Positions 26,590 to 38,524 of a stretch of DNA of 44,068 nucleotides are shown piece after piece; within the stretch, counting starts at the first letter, position 1, and each line of letters begins with the position of its first letter. The notes under the pieces are model-generated. The model was not told the DNA's origin, made no database searches, and saw nothing but the letters and a program-made list of their open reading frames with translations. Position numbers and translations under genes: made by a program. The stretch is taken from the NCBI RefSeq assembly GCF_001194135.2, contig NC_068990.1, positions 39,075,628 through 39,119,695 of the forward strand. Direction: 5' to 3'. This DNA is from Octopus bimaculoides. Taxonomy: Eukaryota.

Positions 26590-26790
26590 GAATTGTTAGA
26601 TCGTCGAATAAAATGCTTCGCAGCAAATTCTCCCTGCTTTTAATGATCTAATTTCAAATTTCACCGAGTCAGCTTTGCTTTTCACCTTCTCAGGATCGTT
26701 AGAATAAGCACCAGTTAAGTATTGAGGTCAGTGTAGCTTTACCGAAACATTTCAGGCTTTGTGCCTATAATAGGAAAGATTATTATTATA
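26590..26790 (+). mobile_element. Degenerate SINE family A copy
   Basis: TTCAAATTTCACCGAGTCAGCTTTGCTTTTCA...TAAGCACCAG...TTGTGCCTATAATAGGAAAGATTATT. Confidence 0.75.
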
Positions 26791-27744
26791 ATTATTGTTG
26801 TTGCTGTTGTTGTTATTGTTGCTGATGATGATGATGTTATTGTTTTTGTTGTTCTTATGATAAAATTGACACTTGCAAAATAGGTATATCCTGTCCCAAC
26901 GGCTCATAGGAATTTGAAATTAATCGTTTTGTATAGAAAAATAACATCTGCGTTCACTAGCATATATAACAATCTATATAGCTACACATAATAATAAGAC
27001 ACGATATATATACACACATACTCATGTCTCGAGTTGTAACTTTCCTGTTTGCATCACCAAATCTATGCATGTATATATACTCATACACATACTCAATCAT
27101 ACATGTACGTATGCATGAGTGTAGGAGATGAGTAGATATTTATGAGCGTGCGTACGTTGCCATATGTCCAAAAGCAACAATAACATTAACATCATGCGGT
27201 ACGGGTACATAGTTTCTAATACACGAATAATTAGTGAATTTTCTTAAAATTTTATATGTAATACGTAACCTACTTAACATTCCGTGGAAATAATTAACAA
27301 TAGTTGGAAAACGACTTAGGTACGTAGGAGGTTTTGATTTATTTGTTTATGCGTAGCAGATAGGAGAATTAGTGCCATTAAAATAGTTTCAAAGTTGGGT
27401 CTTTTTTCTGTTAAAACTGACGGCCAAAATTTACTGTAATCACTTACTATTTGTCTTACGAAAAATTATTAATTCAAGGACACATTGAGTTATGTACACC
27501 TAAACATATTGATATTATTCTTTCATTCTTTTATTCTTTTGCGTGTTAATGTCACCGGTCTGCAGTGACATCGATTCAGGGCTTAGCTGATCGCCTTGCA
27601 GTGCTTAATTCGTCGATAGACCCAATATTTATTTTATGTTTGATGGATATTGTATCGGTTTTTTTTAACCAATTGTTCAGTTCCACATTAATTGTCAGTA
27701 AGAGACACAGGCGTATACCCTAATTACACATATTTATAGTTGGA

Positions 27745-27890
27745 ATTTACAAAAAAAAAAGAAAAACCTACAAAAGATGAAGACAGGTGTATAAACAACA
27801 AACAGGTGTATTAGTTTAACGCTCGGGAAGGTGAGAAAGTATTTTACGCTTCGAGCCTACGCTATTCAACAGAAAGGAAAAATAAGCAGA
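27745..27890 (-). mobile_element. Short dispersed PLE-like repeat (family H), copy 3, with degenerate hammerhead at 27842-27877
   Basis: Minus strand: CCTTT CTGTTGA A TAGC-GTAG-GCTC GAA GCGT A AAAT, followed by CTTCCCGAGCGTTAAACTAATACA. Confidence 0.8.
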
Positions 27891-28206
27891 GTGAATGAAG
27901 GGGAGAATGTGGAAGGGAGTGAACGGAGGAAGTAGGTGTCAGGGCAAGAGGTTTGTGAGTGTGTGTGTTTTTTTCTTGTGTGTGTGTGTGAAAGCAGAAA
28001 TTACAATGGCCTATATATATATATATGGAGGTGACACAGGGAGTCTCAAATCCTAATTACAACCTACAAGGAATTTTAGCAGTCCCATTGAGTTCAAACT
28101 AGTCAAGTAACTGCTGACATAATTAATATAGTGAGCTCATTAAAAAGCTCATTAGAAGTTGACCGATAATATTCCTCTATAATTTATATTATTTTTATTA
28201 TTTTAG

Positions 28207-28300
28207 CTAGTGCAGGATATTTCTCCACAGAAGAAAATGCTTCATCGTACTCGTTAAAGATGTACTCAGAAAATGAAATCAACATAAATATTGCACCCTA
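28207..28300 (+). CDS. Candidate coding exon of unknown protein (weak)
   Basis: T-rich acceptor ...TTATTATTTTAG|, open frame SAGYFSTEENASSYSLKMYSENEINIAP-like, donor |GTAAGG. Confidence 0.2.
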
Positions 28301-29744
28301 GTAAGGGAAATATTTGCAATTTTTAAGACATTATTTGACTGAATGTTATATCTGCGGGTTGGCAGAAATGTGAAAGCATTGGACAAAGTACCTACCGTGA
28401 TTTTTCCGGAGTCGATATATTAAAATACCAGGAAAGAAGAATCGGTGTAACGGACTAACCCCATCTCCGCACATATTTTTGTCTAAAACCTAACGAGAAG
28501 TATCTATCTCGGGCCTACGAGGGAAAAATATTAGTCGATAATTAGTATAATAAATTATTTTCTGCAAATACGAAAGTTAATGCTAGAAATGTTCCAGGCT
28601 TATTTTGACCTCGACGAAGCTAGACTTTAAGAATAGCGGGGGGGGGGGGGCAACAGATATAAATGAGAGACTAAGTAAATATTCAATGCTTAAAGATAAA
28701 AGAATCTCGAAACAAAACACATACATTTTATAAGTTAACACAGTTAATGTTTCTTTCCGATTTACTTTTCTTTTTGCCATGCGAATTGTGTCTGAGAATT
28801 GTTATTAAAATGATTGACTTGGAGACACATATCTACATACATATATGCACATAAACCAATGTGTTCTTAAACATATAAAATATATACATTCTACATTTGC
28901 TTCAACGTTGTTTAGTTCTATAGCATTCATAATTCCTTTTCTATGACTAAACAGAGAAAGACAAACAAATTGACGACAACAGAGAATACTCTACCAACAT
29001 ATAATGTTACCTCCGTGCTTTGCCAATTTACTTGGGGAAATATTTATAATTCTCCATTAATTATTGATAATTTTCTTCAGCTCTCTAATATACATCGCTG
29101 CTAACAGTTGAGTTTATCTTATAGATTTTAATACAAAACTAGTTTCAAGAAATACAAAGCATCTTTGTTTATTTGAATACATGTTGAAGATTATCCACAA
29201 TGTTATACTTCTATTTGAATGAATTACAGCATTATTTCTTTATTTGTTCTCTCTTCTTGTGCCTAGAATACGTATATTCAAAATACGTTGACTTTGTTTT
29301 AGAAAGTTTCGGTGAGACTGAAGTCTTATAGCCATCCATTGCAGCTTGATTTTAAATACACGAATGTCCATCAAAGTGTTATAGTTGTATGAAAATGAGG
29401 TCTGAGTGTAGAAAAACTAAACAGATTACAATATGGTATCATTCTTTTAGAAGTTTGTGAGGTTAATTGCAGCATGAAAAAAAAAGGAACCTTACTAATG
29501 TTTTAATCTTTTAATGAGAAGACGATTATCAGGTCTTAAGTCTCTTTTCAAGGAGCCTGACGTTGGTGAAATGATAACTGCAATTTTTGATCAGACTCGA
29601 TGTTTGCAGCTCAGTAGATTCAATTCTGCAATAGGGAAAACAACAGACAAGAAGGATTAAGTCTATTCCTGAAGAAACATCAGATGTAAACCAAGAATGC
29701 ATTCGGTAGAATTTATACAACCACACACACGCATTTTTGGGGGA

Positions 29745-31097
29745 GGCATTAATATCAAAGAAGTGCAAAACTCTAACCTTCTTCGGAGTAGAATCCTCTG
29801 AGTTTAATTCACTTGTAACACTCTATCCATTTCGTGAAGGCTACATAGAAGTCTTCCAAAGTAAAGGTGTCCAGAACTCTTGCCACAGCCTCCTTCATCT
29901 TCTCAATATCTTACAAACGATTGCTCCTGAAGTTTTCTTTCTGCTTAGGCAGCAACCAAAATTCGCTGGGAGCACGGTCTGGAGTGTAGAGAGAGTGAGG
30001 TAGAGTTTTGATACCCATGTTTGGCAAGTAGTTGGTTACCAGGAAGGAATTGTGGACTGATGTACGTCCCAACGAACCGAGTGGAAGAGCTCTAGCTTTT
30101 AGCCACGAAATCTCTTCCTGAACCTCAACGGAGTATACTTTATTAAACTGGCCAGAAGGAAATTAATGGGTGTAGAGGAAACCCTTGCTGTTGAAAAAGG
30201 GGATCCTTATTAGCTTCCTACTAGGCTTGTTTTGCAAGACCTTCTTGGATGTGAGGGAATCAAGGTTCTTACATTGGGCACTCTTTCACTTGCTCTCTGG
30301 ATTATAACAGTAAATCTAGCTTTCGTTACAGGTAACCTTAAACTCAAATCTTGCATTCAGCTCAAACATCTTCCTGCTGTCATCAACGCATCTTTCATTC
30401 TATGCATCATTGAGCACCCTAAGGACAAACTTTGTGTAAAATTTTCGCACGATGGGATTTTTATTAATAATTCTGTATGCATCAACACCAAGCTGTATGC
30501 TTATTGTCTTTATAGAAACGCGGTGGTCTTCATCCAAGAAATTGCAAATTTACTCAACTATTTCTAATATTCTGGCACCCTACACCCTTCAACACTTCTC
30601 ATCATCATCGTCCTTTCTCTCCCTCTTCTCTCTACAGTTCTTGAACCTCTTGTGTCAGCAAATATCATGCTCAACTCGTACAGAATTCAGCATTTCGTAA
30701 GCTTCTGTAACGGTTTTGCCCACTTTAACACAAAGATGTATTGCATAACTTGGTTTCAAATTGTCATCAAGTCCCGACTTCATCCTGCAAACTAGTCAGC
30801 CGTGATAAGCCGTATTTTAGAAGGCTGTGTTCAAAATTCTTTTCTGCTCTAGGCACAAGGCCCGAAATTTTAGGGGAGGGAGCCAGTTGATTAAATCAAC
30901 TCTAATACGCAACTGGTACTTAATTTATCGACTCCAAAAGGATGAAATGCAAAATCGAGCTATGACCTTCAATCTGAACAAAAATAAAATCATCTTATTT
31001 AGATATTGTAATGTTATACTAAAATTAAAATAATTTATGACAGTTTTAACATTTATAACTCCTAAAATCTCACACACTTTCTGGAGCGCACCTCACA
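29745..31097 (-). mobile_element. Decayed mariner (DD34D-type) transposon; transposase pseudogene ~29790-30783
   Basis: Minus strand: MKSGLDDN...LCVKVGKTVTEAYE (cf. FCVKLGKTATE), VTCNESWIY.YNPESK (cf. VTGDESWIY.YDPE.K), HSLYTPDRAPSEFWLLPK (cf. HPPYSPDLAPCDFWLFPK). TIR-like ACTTTCTGGAGCGCACCTCA at ~31076-31095. Confidence 0.88.
30835..30985 (-). mobile_element. SINE family A copy nested in the mariner 5' non-coding region
   Basis: CTTTTCTGCTCTAGGCACAAGGCCCGAAATTT...CAACTGGTACTTAATTTATCGAC...GGATGAAA is the reverse complement of family A. Confidence 0.85.
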
Positions 31098-31129
<32 letters not shown>

Positions 31130-31478
31130 TGTATGTATGTTATACATAAATACATACATGCACACACATATTTATATATATACGAATATAATTTTAAATA
31201 TATATATATATATATATATANNNNNNNNNNNNNNNNNNNNNNNNNNNNNNNNNNNNNNNNNNNNNNNNNNNNNNNNNNNNNNNNNNNNNNNNNNNNNNNN
31301 NNNNNNNNNNNNNNNNNNNNNNNNNNNNNNNNNNNNNNNNNNNNNNNNNNNNNNNNNNNNNNNNNNNNNNNNNNNNNNNNNNNNNNNNNNNNNNNNNNNN
31401 NNNNNNNNNNNNNNNNNNNNNNNNNNNNNNNNNNNNNNNNNNNNNNNNNNNNNNNNNNNNNNNNNNNNNNNNNNNNNN

Positions 31479-31514
<36 letters not shown>

Positions 31515-31518
<4 letters not shown>

Positions 31519-31748
31519 GTATGTGTGTATGTGTTTGTATGTCTGTATTTGTCCCCACAACATCGCTTGACAACCGATGCTGGTGTGTTTATGTCCCCGT
31601 AACTTAGCGGTTCGGCAAAAGAGACCGATAGAATAAGTACTAGGCTTCCAAAGAATAAGTCATGGGGTCGATTTTTTCGACTAAAGGCGGTGCTCCAGCA
31701 TGGCCACAGTCAAAAGACTGAAACAAATAAAAGAGTCAAAGAGTAAAA
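31515..31748 (+). mobile_element. SINE family D, 3' portion (5' part absent or hidden in the gap)
   Basis: GTCCCCACAACATCGCTTGACAACCGATGCTGG...AAGGCGGTGCTCCAGCATGGCCACAGTCAAAAGACTGAAAC with an AAAGAGT-repeat tail; second copy at 12292-12392. Confidence 0.85.
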
Positions 31749-32574
31749 AAGAGAATATATATATATATATATATATAAATATATATATACATGTGCATGT
31801 GTGTGTATAAATTCTAGATGACAAATTGTATTTCGATATATTTGCAAATAGGTTTTCTCCTATATTGTCACGGAAACGTGAAAGTGAGTGTAACGATGTA
31901 AAAGCTTCACTTTCCATTAAAATATGTACGTAAAGCATTAACTAATAGAATGCACAGTGATTTTTTGAAGAATATAATCTGAAAATTAGTGAAGGGTGTG
32001 GCATCTTTTATAAATATTTAATGTGAACCTCGCTGTATGCCGTAAACAGATGTGTTTACATTGCACGTCTTATACCGATTCTCGGCCAAATAATTGTAAT
32101 GAATCTGATTAGTTTCTGGTTTCTACAGATTATTGTCTCAAAGAAAGTACACTCAAATTCTACCCATAGAGAGATTACGAGCATTTACCAAATGATAATA
32201 CGTTCAAATTCTGGCAGAGCAAAATTTTGGAGCAGCACGTGTTAATTATATGGTTGATACATTAATTATGGACTACATAGCTTGTTGGGAAGATGGGTGG
32301 ATAAACAGACAGGTAATTTAAGTTATGATTTACACAGATATTCCTTCCTTGACAACAGAGAATGAATACTAGAAACTAGTCCAGTTACTCAGCCCACGTA
32401 GAGATAAAACTAGTGGTTTAACCACTTTGTTTACTATTTAAAACCAGGCTAAAAATCCATGTTTATTAAAATAGATATATCTTATATTACATTTCAAATC
32501 AAGTAGAAATATGCACGTATGCACATACAAATACTTGTTTAAGCATGTGTGTGTGCATGGATGAATGTACATAC

Positions 32575-32629
<55 letters not shown>

Positions 32630-32849
32630 NNNNNNNNNNNNNNNNNNNNNNNNNNNNNNNNNNNNNNNNNNNNNNNNNNNNNNNNNNNNNNNNNNNNNNN
32701 NNNNNNNNNNNNNNNNNNNNNNNNNNNNNNNNNNNNNNNNNNNNNNNNNNNNNNNNNNNNNNNNNNNNNNNNNNNNNNNNNNNNNNNNNNNNNNNNNNNN
32801 NNNNNNNNNNNNNNNNNNNNNNNNNNNNNNNNNNNNNNNNNNNNNNNNA

Positions 32850-32881
<32 letters not shown>

Positions 32882-33039
32882 CCTACTCTTGCTCCTCTTT
32901 CTCACCCCATACTTGCTCCTCTCTTTTTCTCTCTCTCTCTTTCTTTCGCTTCCCCTGTCTTCCTATTCTGTTCATTTTCCTTCGCCCTCCTTTTCACCGA
33001 CGCTTCTATTGAAGCTTCAGGCCAACATAAGCCACAGTG

Positions 33040-33545
33040 ACGACTACGACGACGACGACGACAACGCAAGCACCACCATCACCATCGCCACAATTACCGT
33101 CATTGGCACCTACCTCGCTAACACAGCCACCATCTACACCCTTATCCTAAGCCCCACAACCTACACCCGCGCTACCATCATTGACACCTTCGTCTCCATC
33201 ACCAGTTCCACTACTACCACTACTACTACCATCACTATCATCATCACTATTAACTCTAGTAATAACTACTAATACCACAACCACCTCTACCTCTTATGGC
33301 ATTAACATCCACAACAGAACTACAACCAGCGCCAGCACATACAAGGTATACAGCACCACTTACACCATCTTCTTAAAAACAAGTGCTGTTGTGGCCACAA
33401 CCACCATCACTGTCGGAACCACCACCATTCCTCTCACGACCACCACTCTGGCCTTCGCCACCACTCCAGCCAATATCTAACTCATTCACCCTATCTAACA
33501 CACAATAAACTACCACCGACACCACCGCCACTACTACCAGCACTC
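33040..33545. repeat. Degenerate CAC/ACT/CAT/GAC trinucleotide low-complexity tract
   Basis: Seen directly. Confidence 0.85.
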
Positions 33546-33659
33546 AAAAATATAGGCACTACACCACGTTACACTGATAAACACGTTCGACACACCGAAA
33601 ATTCCACAGACCCCCCCCCCTCACTTCAATCTTCCACCACCTTGTCAACCTTACACTCC

Positions 33660-33815
33660 AGCCCAATCTCCACGTCCTCTTTCTTTCGAAGCCGAACAGA
33701 GATCCGTCCGTCGTTCCGTCTCTCCCCTTTGTTCCCTCGCTCCGCCGTTCCGCCGCTCCGTCACTGGTCGGTGGTCGGCGGACGGCTTTCGTCAGCGTGC
33801 CACTACTAAGCCAAT
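33660..33815. promoter_or_regulatory. CpG/GC-rich patch, possible promoter or first exon
   Basis: Densest CpG stretch outside SINEs (TCCGTCCGTCGTTCCG, CTCCGCCGTTCCGCCGCTCCG, GGTCGGTGGTCGGCGGACGG); CCAAT at ~33810. Confidence 0.35.
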
Positions 33816-34444
33816 TTCTCGCAATTAGATTATTTCTTCTATCTAATTCAATTTANNNNNNNNNNNNNNNNNNNNNNNNNNNNNNNNNNNNNNNNNNNNN
33901 NNNNNNNNNNNNNNNNNNNNNNNNNNNNNNNNNNNNNNNNNNNNNNNNNNNNNNNNNNNNNNNNNNNNNNNNNNNNNNNNNNNNNNNNNNNNNNNNNNNN
34001 NNNNNNNNNNNNNNNNNNNNNNNNNNNNNNNNNNNNNNNNNNNNNNNNNNNNNNNNNNNNNNNNNNNNNNNNNNNNNNNNNNNNNNNNNNNNNNNNNNNN
34101 NNNNNNNNNNNNNNNNNNNNNNNNNNNNNNNNNNNNNNNNNNNNNNNNNNNNNNNNNNNNNNNNNNNNNNNNNNNNNNNNNNNNNNNNNNNNNNNNNNNN
34201 NNNNNNNNNNNNNNNNNNNNNNNNNNNNNNNNNNNNNNNNNNNNNNNNNNNNNNNNNNNNNNNNNNNNNNNNNNNNNNNNNNNNNNNNNNNNNNNNNNNN
34301 NNNNNNNNNNNNNNNNNNNNNNNNNNNNNNNNNNNNNNNNNNNNNNNNNNNNNNNNNNNNNNNNNNNNNNNNNNNNNNNNNNNNNNNNNNNNNNNNNNNN
34401 NNNNNNNNNNNNNNNNNNNNNNNNNNNNNNNNNNNNNNNNNNNN

Positions 34445-34490
<46 letters not shown>

Positions 34491-34711
34491 GTGTCCACGC
34501 TTGCATGCACCCATATATGGATACATGCTCATACAGACATACATATTTCCATATACATATACTTATTTATGTTTGTGTGCCTTTGGTTGTTTCAAAGTGG
34601 AAACTGGTTGGTTAGCTAATTATTTGGCGTAGCTTTTACATCAGGTTGGAAAGAATGCAATAGAAAGAGAACGGTTGCAAAAGAGAAAGTGGGTGAGCGA
34701 AACTGAGAAGA

Positions 34712-34747
<36 letters not shown>

Positions 34748-36022
34748 GGGGAGAGGAATTTATGCAGAGAGAGGTGATGGTGAGAAATTGTCACTGTATT
34801 AAAATTTCTCTCCATACCATCCATTGCCATTTCCATTCTTCTATACTTTTCATCATTTGTTACTAGCTCTCTGCTTCGCTGTCTCTATTCATATCACTAA
34901 ATGCTTGTGTCTCTCGTACTTTAATTTGTCAGTTGGTTTGTTACAGAAATTATGATCAGAATCTACCTAAACCTGTTTAGGTGTGTTGCTCTATTACACT
35001 GTACACGTTGCTCCATGGCGATTTCTATTTAACGTAGAAAGGTATGTGTCTATGACTGTGTATATGTGTGCGCGTGAGCATGAATGTAAGTGTGTATTAG
35101 ATTACACAAATAAACTTACGGACACAACGTCTCCTGGTAAATATACACATTTATGTATATATTTATTTATGAATGTTAATATAAGTATACGTACCTGTTT
35201 ATACATGCGTATGTATATGTATATATGTGTGTGTGTTTATGCATGTATGTAGAAATAAGGAAAGAGTCCCGTCTGTTGTAGCACATGTCTAATGATATTT
35301 ATTATGCATGCTATCAATGAAATAGTTTTATATCAATTGCAGAGACAATCGATTTGCATAAGCAAATACATCGAAATATTTCGGTCAACCAAGAACTCAT
35401 TTTCCAACGATGTTTCGTATCTAGCAGTTTGATTATTAACCATCGAAAGAGCCTGACCATAGTATCTGGTCCTTATAGACATAGCAACCGAACCTTAATC
35501 GAAGCACGTACTTCCATTTTGAAAGTAACTCGTTTGCTATGAAATAAGTTACTCCAATGTTCCAGAAGAAATATCGAGACGTTTACTGCTCGAATACAAT
35601 AGACATTTTGATTGGGACGGACTAAAGAAAAACATCGGTGAAATAACAGAATTTATGTAGCATAAATATTTAGAACGAACAATTAGTAGCACTTGTTTTC
35701 ATCTGGTGGAGAATATTTCAGAAATCAGAGTTTTTAGAGTACTTGGAATAAATTAAGAAAGATATTTATATAGTATCTCAATAAAAATGGTAAATTCACC
35801 AAAGCACACGATATATACATAGATAAAACTCTGGTCGAGAGTAAATTTGAGAGTCTCAAATTGTATTTACGTCATATTTCAATCATTCTTACAGTGCTTT
35901 AGCTATTTGGAAGATTTGAATAACAAAGCTGTAAAGAAAATTAACTATTTGATATACTCGGTGTTAGTTTGTAACATACAAACTGACACACGCACGCGCG
36001 CACGCACACACATCTTACACAG

Positions 36023-36190
36023 AGGCAAACATGCACACACAAATATATTCACTGGTATTCCTACCTGTATTTGTCAAATCACATCTGAACACCATCATAA
36101 GATAACTGGGGATATCTTTGACAAAATTGTTTGTGATGAACTCTGTTCTGGAAAACAGGACGGCCGCAGTAAGACCGTGTTTAATATTAG
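36023..36190 (+). CDS. Candidate symmetric 168-nt exon (weak)
   Basis: Acceptor CATCTTACACAG|, open frame GKHAHTNIFTGIPTCICQITSEHHHKITGDIFDKIVCDELCSGKQDGRSKTVFNI, strong donor AG|GTAAGC. Confidence 0.2.
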
Positions 36191-36509
36191 GTAAGCTCAA
36201 AGGAAACGGGAGACTTCTAGACAACAACTATTACTACTTCTACAACAATTTTCAGAGCTTACACCCCATATTATTATGTTTCACTATACAGTCATTATAG
36301 CAAGAACTATGAACATCAGCAAGATAAAACTGATACGTATAAAAATAGGTCAGTCGTACACTGCATCATCACTTAGAGTAGATATAAGCAATTAAATTCT
36401 TCAAAAGTTGCTATGTGTCTTAAGTTTTGCAATATGCAGTGAACATTTTTGTGTGTATGTGTGTGTGTGTGGGGGGGGTCGATCCAGACACGTTTTTTGC
36501 TTATTACTG

Positions 36510-36650
36510 TGTTTTTCTCTTCGTTTTCTTCTCATTCCTTTCTGATGAAGATCGTGGGCTCTAAACATCAAAGACTTTTCCTTTTTTTCCCTGTGCGTGA
36601 AACTAATACACCTTGTTTGTTATTCCCTCGCTTATCTCTCTTTTCTGTTT
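36510..36650 (+). mobile_element. Short dispersed PLE-like repeat (family H), copy 4, with degenerate hammerhead at 36538-36573
   Basis: CTTT CTGATGA A GATC-GTGG-GCTC TAA ACAT C AAAG (canonical CUGAUGA but G12U), then TTCCCTGTGCGTGAAACTAATACA. Confidence 0.7.
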
Positions 36651-37445
36651 TTCGTATATACATGTCAGTGATTAATTAGTAGATTCATAACCTGGTCATT
36701 GCTCCCTTCGCAGTCACTATTCTATGTTACTTGGTACTGCTAGACCGTTTCCTCTATCAGGCTAGAAGCATATATAAGGTGTCACTGCTTCATCAAACTA
36801 AGTTATACTCTTAATACGACCGACAGAAAAAATCCAAACAATTACTCTCACAAGCCATATGTAAATTTGTCTAAGTGTGATTCGGTTCATTTGAACCTGA
36901 CGAAGTCTTATCCACGAATACCAAATTGTGAGTATCGCAATGTGCTATGTATGTGTTTGTATTTGTGTGCGCGTTTGTGTGTGAGTGTGTGTGTGTGTAT
37001 GTGTTTGACTGTGTGCGTGCGTGTGGACTCTGTAAAGTCTTCAACCAAATCGGCATAATATGGATGGCACTGAAGACTCCTATTTAGTTCGAAAACGATG
37101 ATGTAGAGAAAGCCAGCAGGGGACTTTTGCATTTGGATGAATGGTTCATGGTCTGTTGCTGCTGTAACGCAATTCGTGGTCTGATTTAACTCGCCTGGGT
37201 CACCTAAGTGGAGTGAATGATTATAAATGACCCGGAACACTTTGTAATTCCAGGTCAAATACTAATTGCAAATCATAATTTGTAAAGGTAATATGTATTG
37301 AGAATACATACTTATGCAAACGTACACAGGCACACATACACATATGCACATCCTTAAACGCTAATATTTGTGAATGTGTATACAAATTTATATATTCATT
37401 AACATTTAAAACTAAGTTTTATATATATATATACACACATATATA

Positions 37446-37677
37446 CAAGGTTGGCCAAAAGTCACCCGACAGTGAATCAAAATTCCATAAATGCTTAATA
37501 TTCAATTTTATTTATTCATTTGGAAAAATGGTATCGCTGAAGAAGGACTTCAGTTTGAACAATTTCATAATGTTCTATATTTAGATGCTTTTATTAAATT
37601 CATTCAGTTAAAAATAAATAAATCTTGGAAATTAAATAGTATTTGATTTACAGTCAGGTGACTTTTGACCAACCCTA
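37446..37677. mobile_element. Tc1/mariner-type MITE (232 bp)
   Basis: ~35-bp imperfect TIRs: CAAGGTTGGCCAAAAGTCACCCGACAGTGAATCAAA versus the reverse complement of the right end AGGGTTGGTCAAAAGTCACCTGACTGTAAATCAAA; TA on both flanks; AT-rich non-coding interior. Confidence 0.88.
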
Positions 37678-37705
37678 TATAATCTGTATTTCAATTAATC
37701 TCTGC

Positions 37706-37755
<50 letters not shown>

Positions 37756-37856
37756 ACGCGCGTCTGTGCGTAGGTATGTATNNNNNNNNNNCGTCTGTGC
37801 GTAGGTATGTATAATTAGTATATGTACATATATATGAATATGTATATATAGATATA

Positions 37857-37906
<50 letters not shown>

Positions 37907-38150
37907 ACGCACACACGCACACACACACACATGCATACACACACACAACACTTATATATGTATATATATATATATAATGTTGTACTTAATAATCAGCAAC
38001 ATACACAGAATCAAACATAAAAATATGCAAACATCTATATCATATGAAATATTTCTATACGGATTTATAGAATTTAAAATTTAATTAATGTACATCCGTA
38101 AAGGAATGTATGTATGCAAACAGAAACGTAACAATATTTACAGAGGCTTA

Positions 38151-38364
38151 AGGCGGCGAGTTGGCAGAGACGTTAGCACGCCGGACGAAATATTTAGCGG
38201 TATTTCGTCTGTCTTTACGTTTTGTGTTCAAAATCCGCCGAGGTCGACTTTGCCTTTCATCATTTTGGGGGCGATAAATTAAGTACCAATTGCATACTGA
38301 GGTTGACGCAATCGACTGGCCCCCTCCCCCAAGATTTCGGACCTTGTGCCTAGTGTAGAAAAGT
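38151..38364 (+). mobile_element. Full-length SINE family A with 17-bp target-site duplication
   Basis: GGCGGCGAGTTGGCAGAGACGTTAGCACGCCGG head through CCTTGTGCCTAGTGTAGAAAAG; TSD ATATTTACAGAGGCTTA (38134-38150) / ATATTCACAGAAGCTTA (38365-38381), 15/17 identical. Confidence 0.92.
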
Positions 38365-38524
38365 ATATTCACAGAAGCTTACAATTATGTTACATTCTGA
38401 TATCAAATTTTAGTTCTACATATCCGCAAAGAATACCGTTAGTAATGTGCTAAGTTACAAGTCTTTGCAAATAAGTAAAGACTGATAAAAAATATAGCCA
38501 CACACACACACATACACACACACC

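Noticed and set aside
28637-28650. G-run as a G-quadruplex (also the C-run near 33611-33620)
   Set aside because: Single homopolymer run, not four separated G-tracts.
29553-29660. Acceptor plus 35-codon open frame next to the mariner fossil
   Set aside because: Ends in a stop, no convincing donor and no recognisable peptide; length is within chance expectation.
33690-33800. Hammerhead on the minus strand (CTGACGA-AAGCC...GGCTT-C-GAAAG)
   Set aside because: Stem II would need a very long loop and there is no stem III or NUH site.
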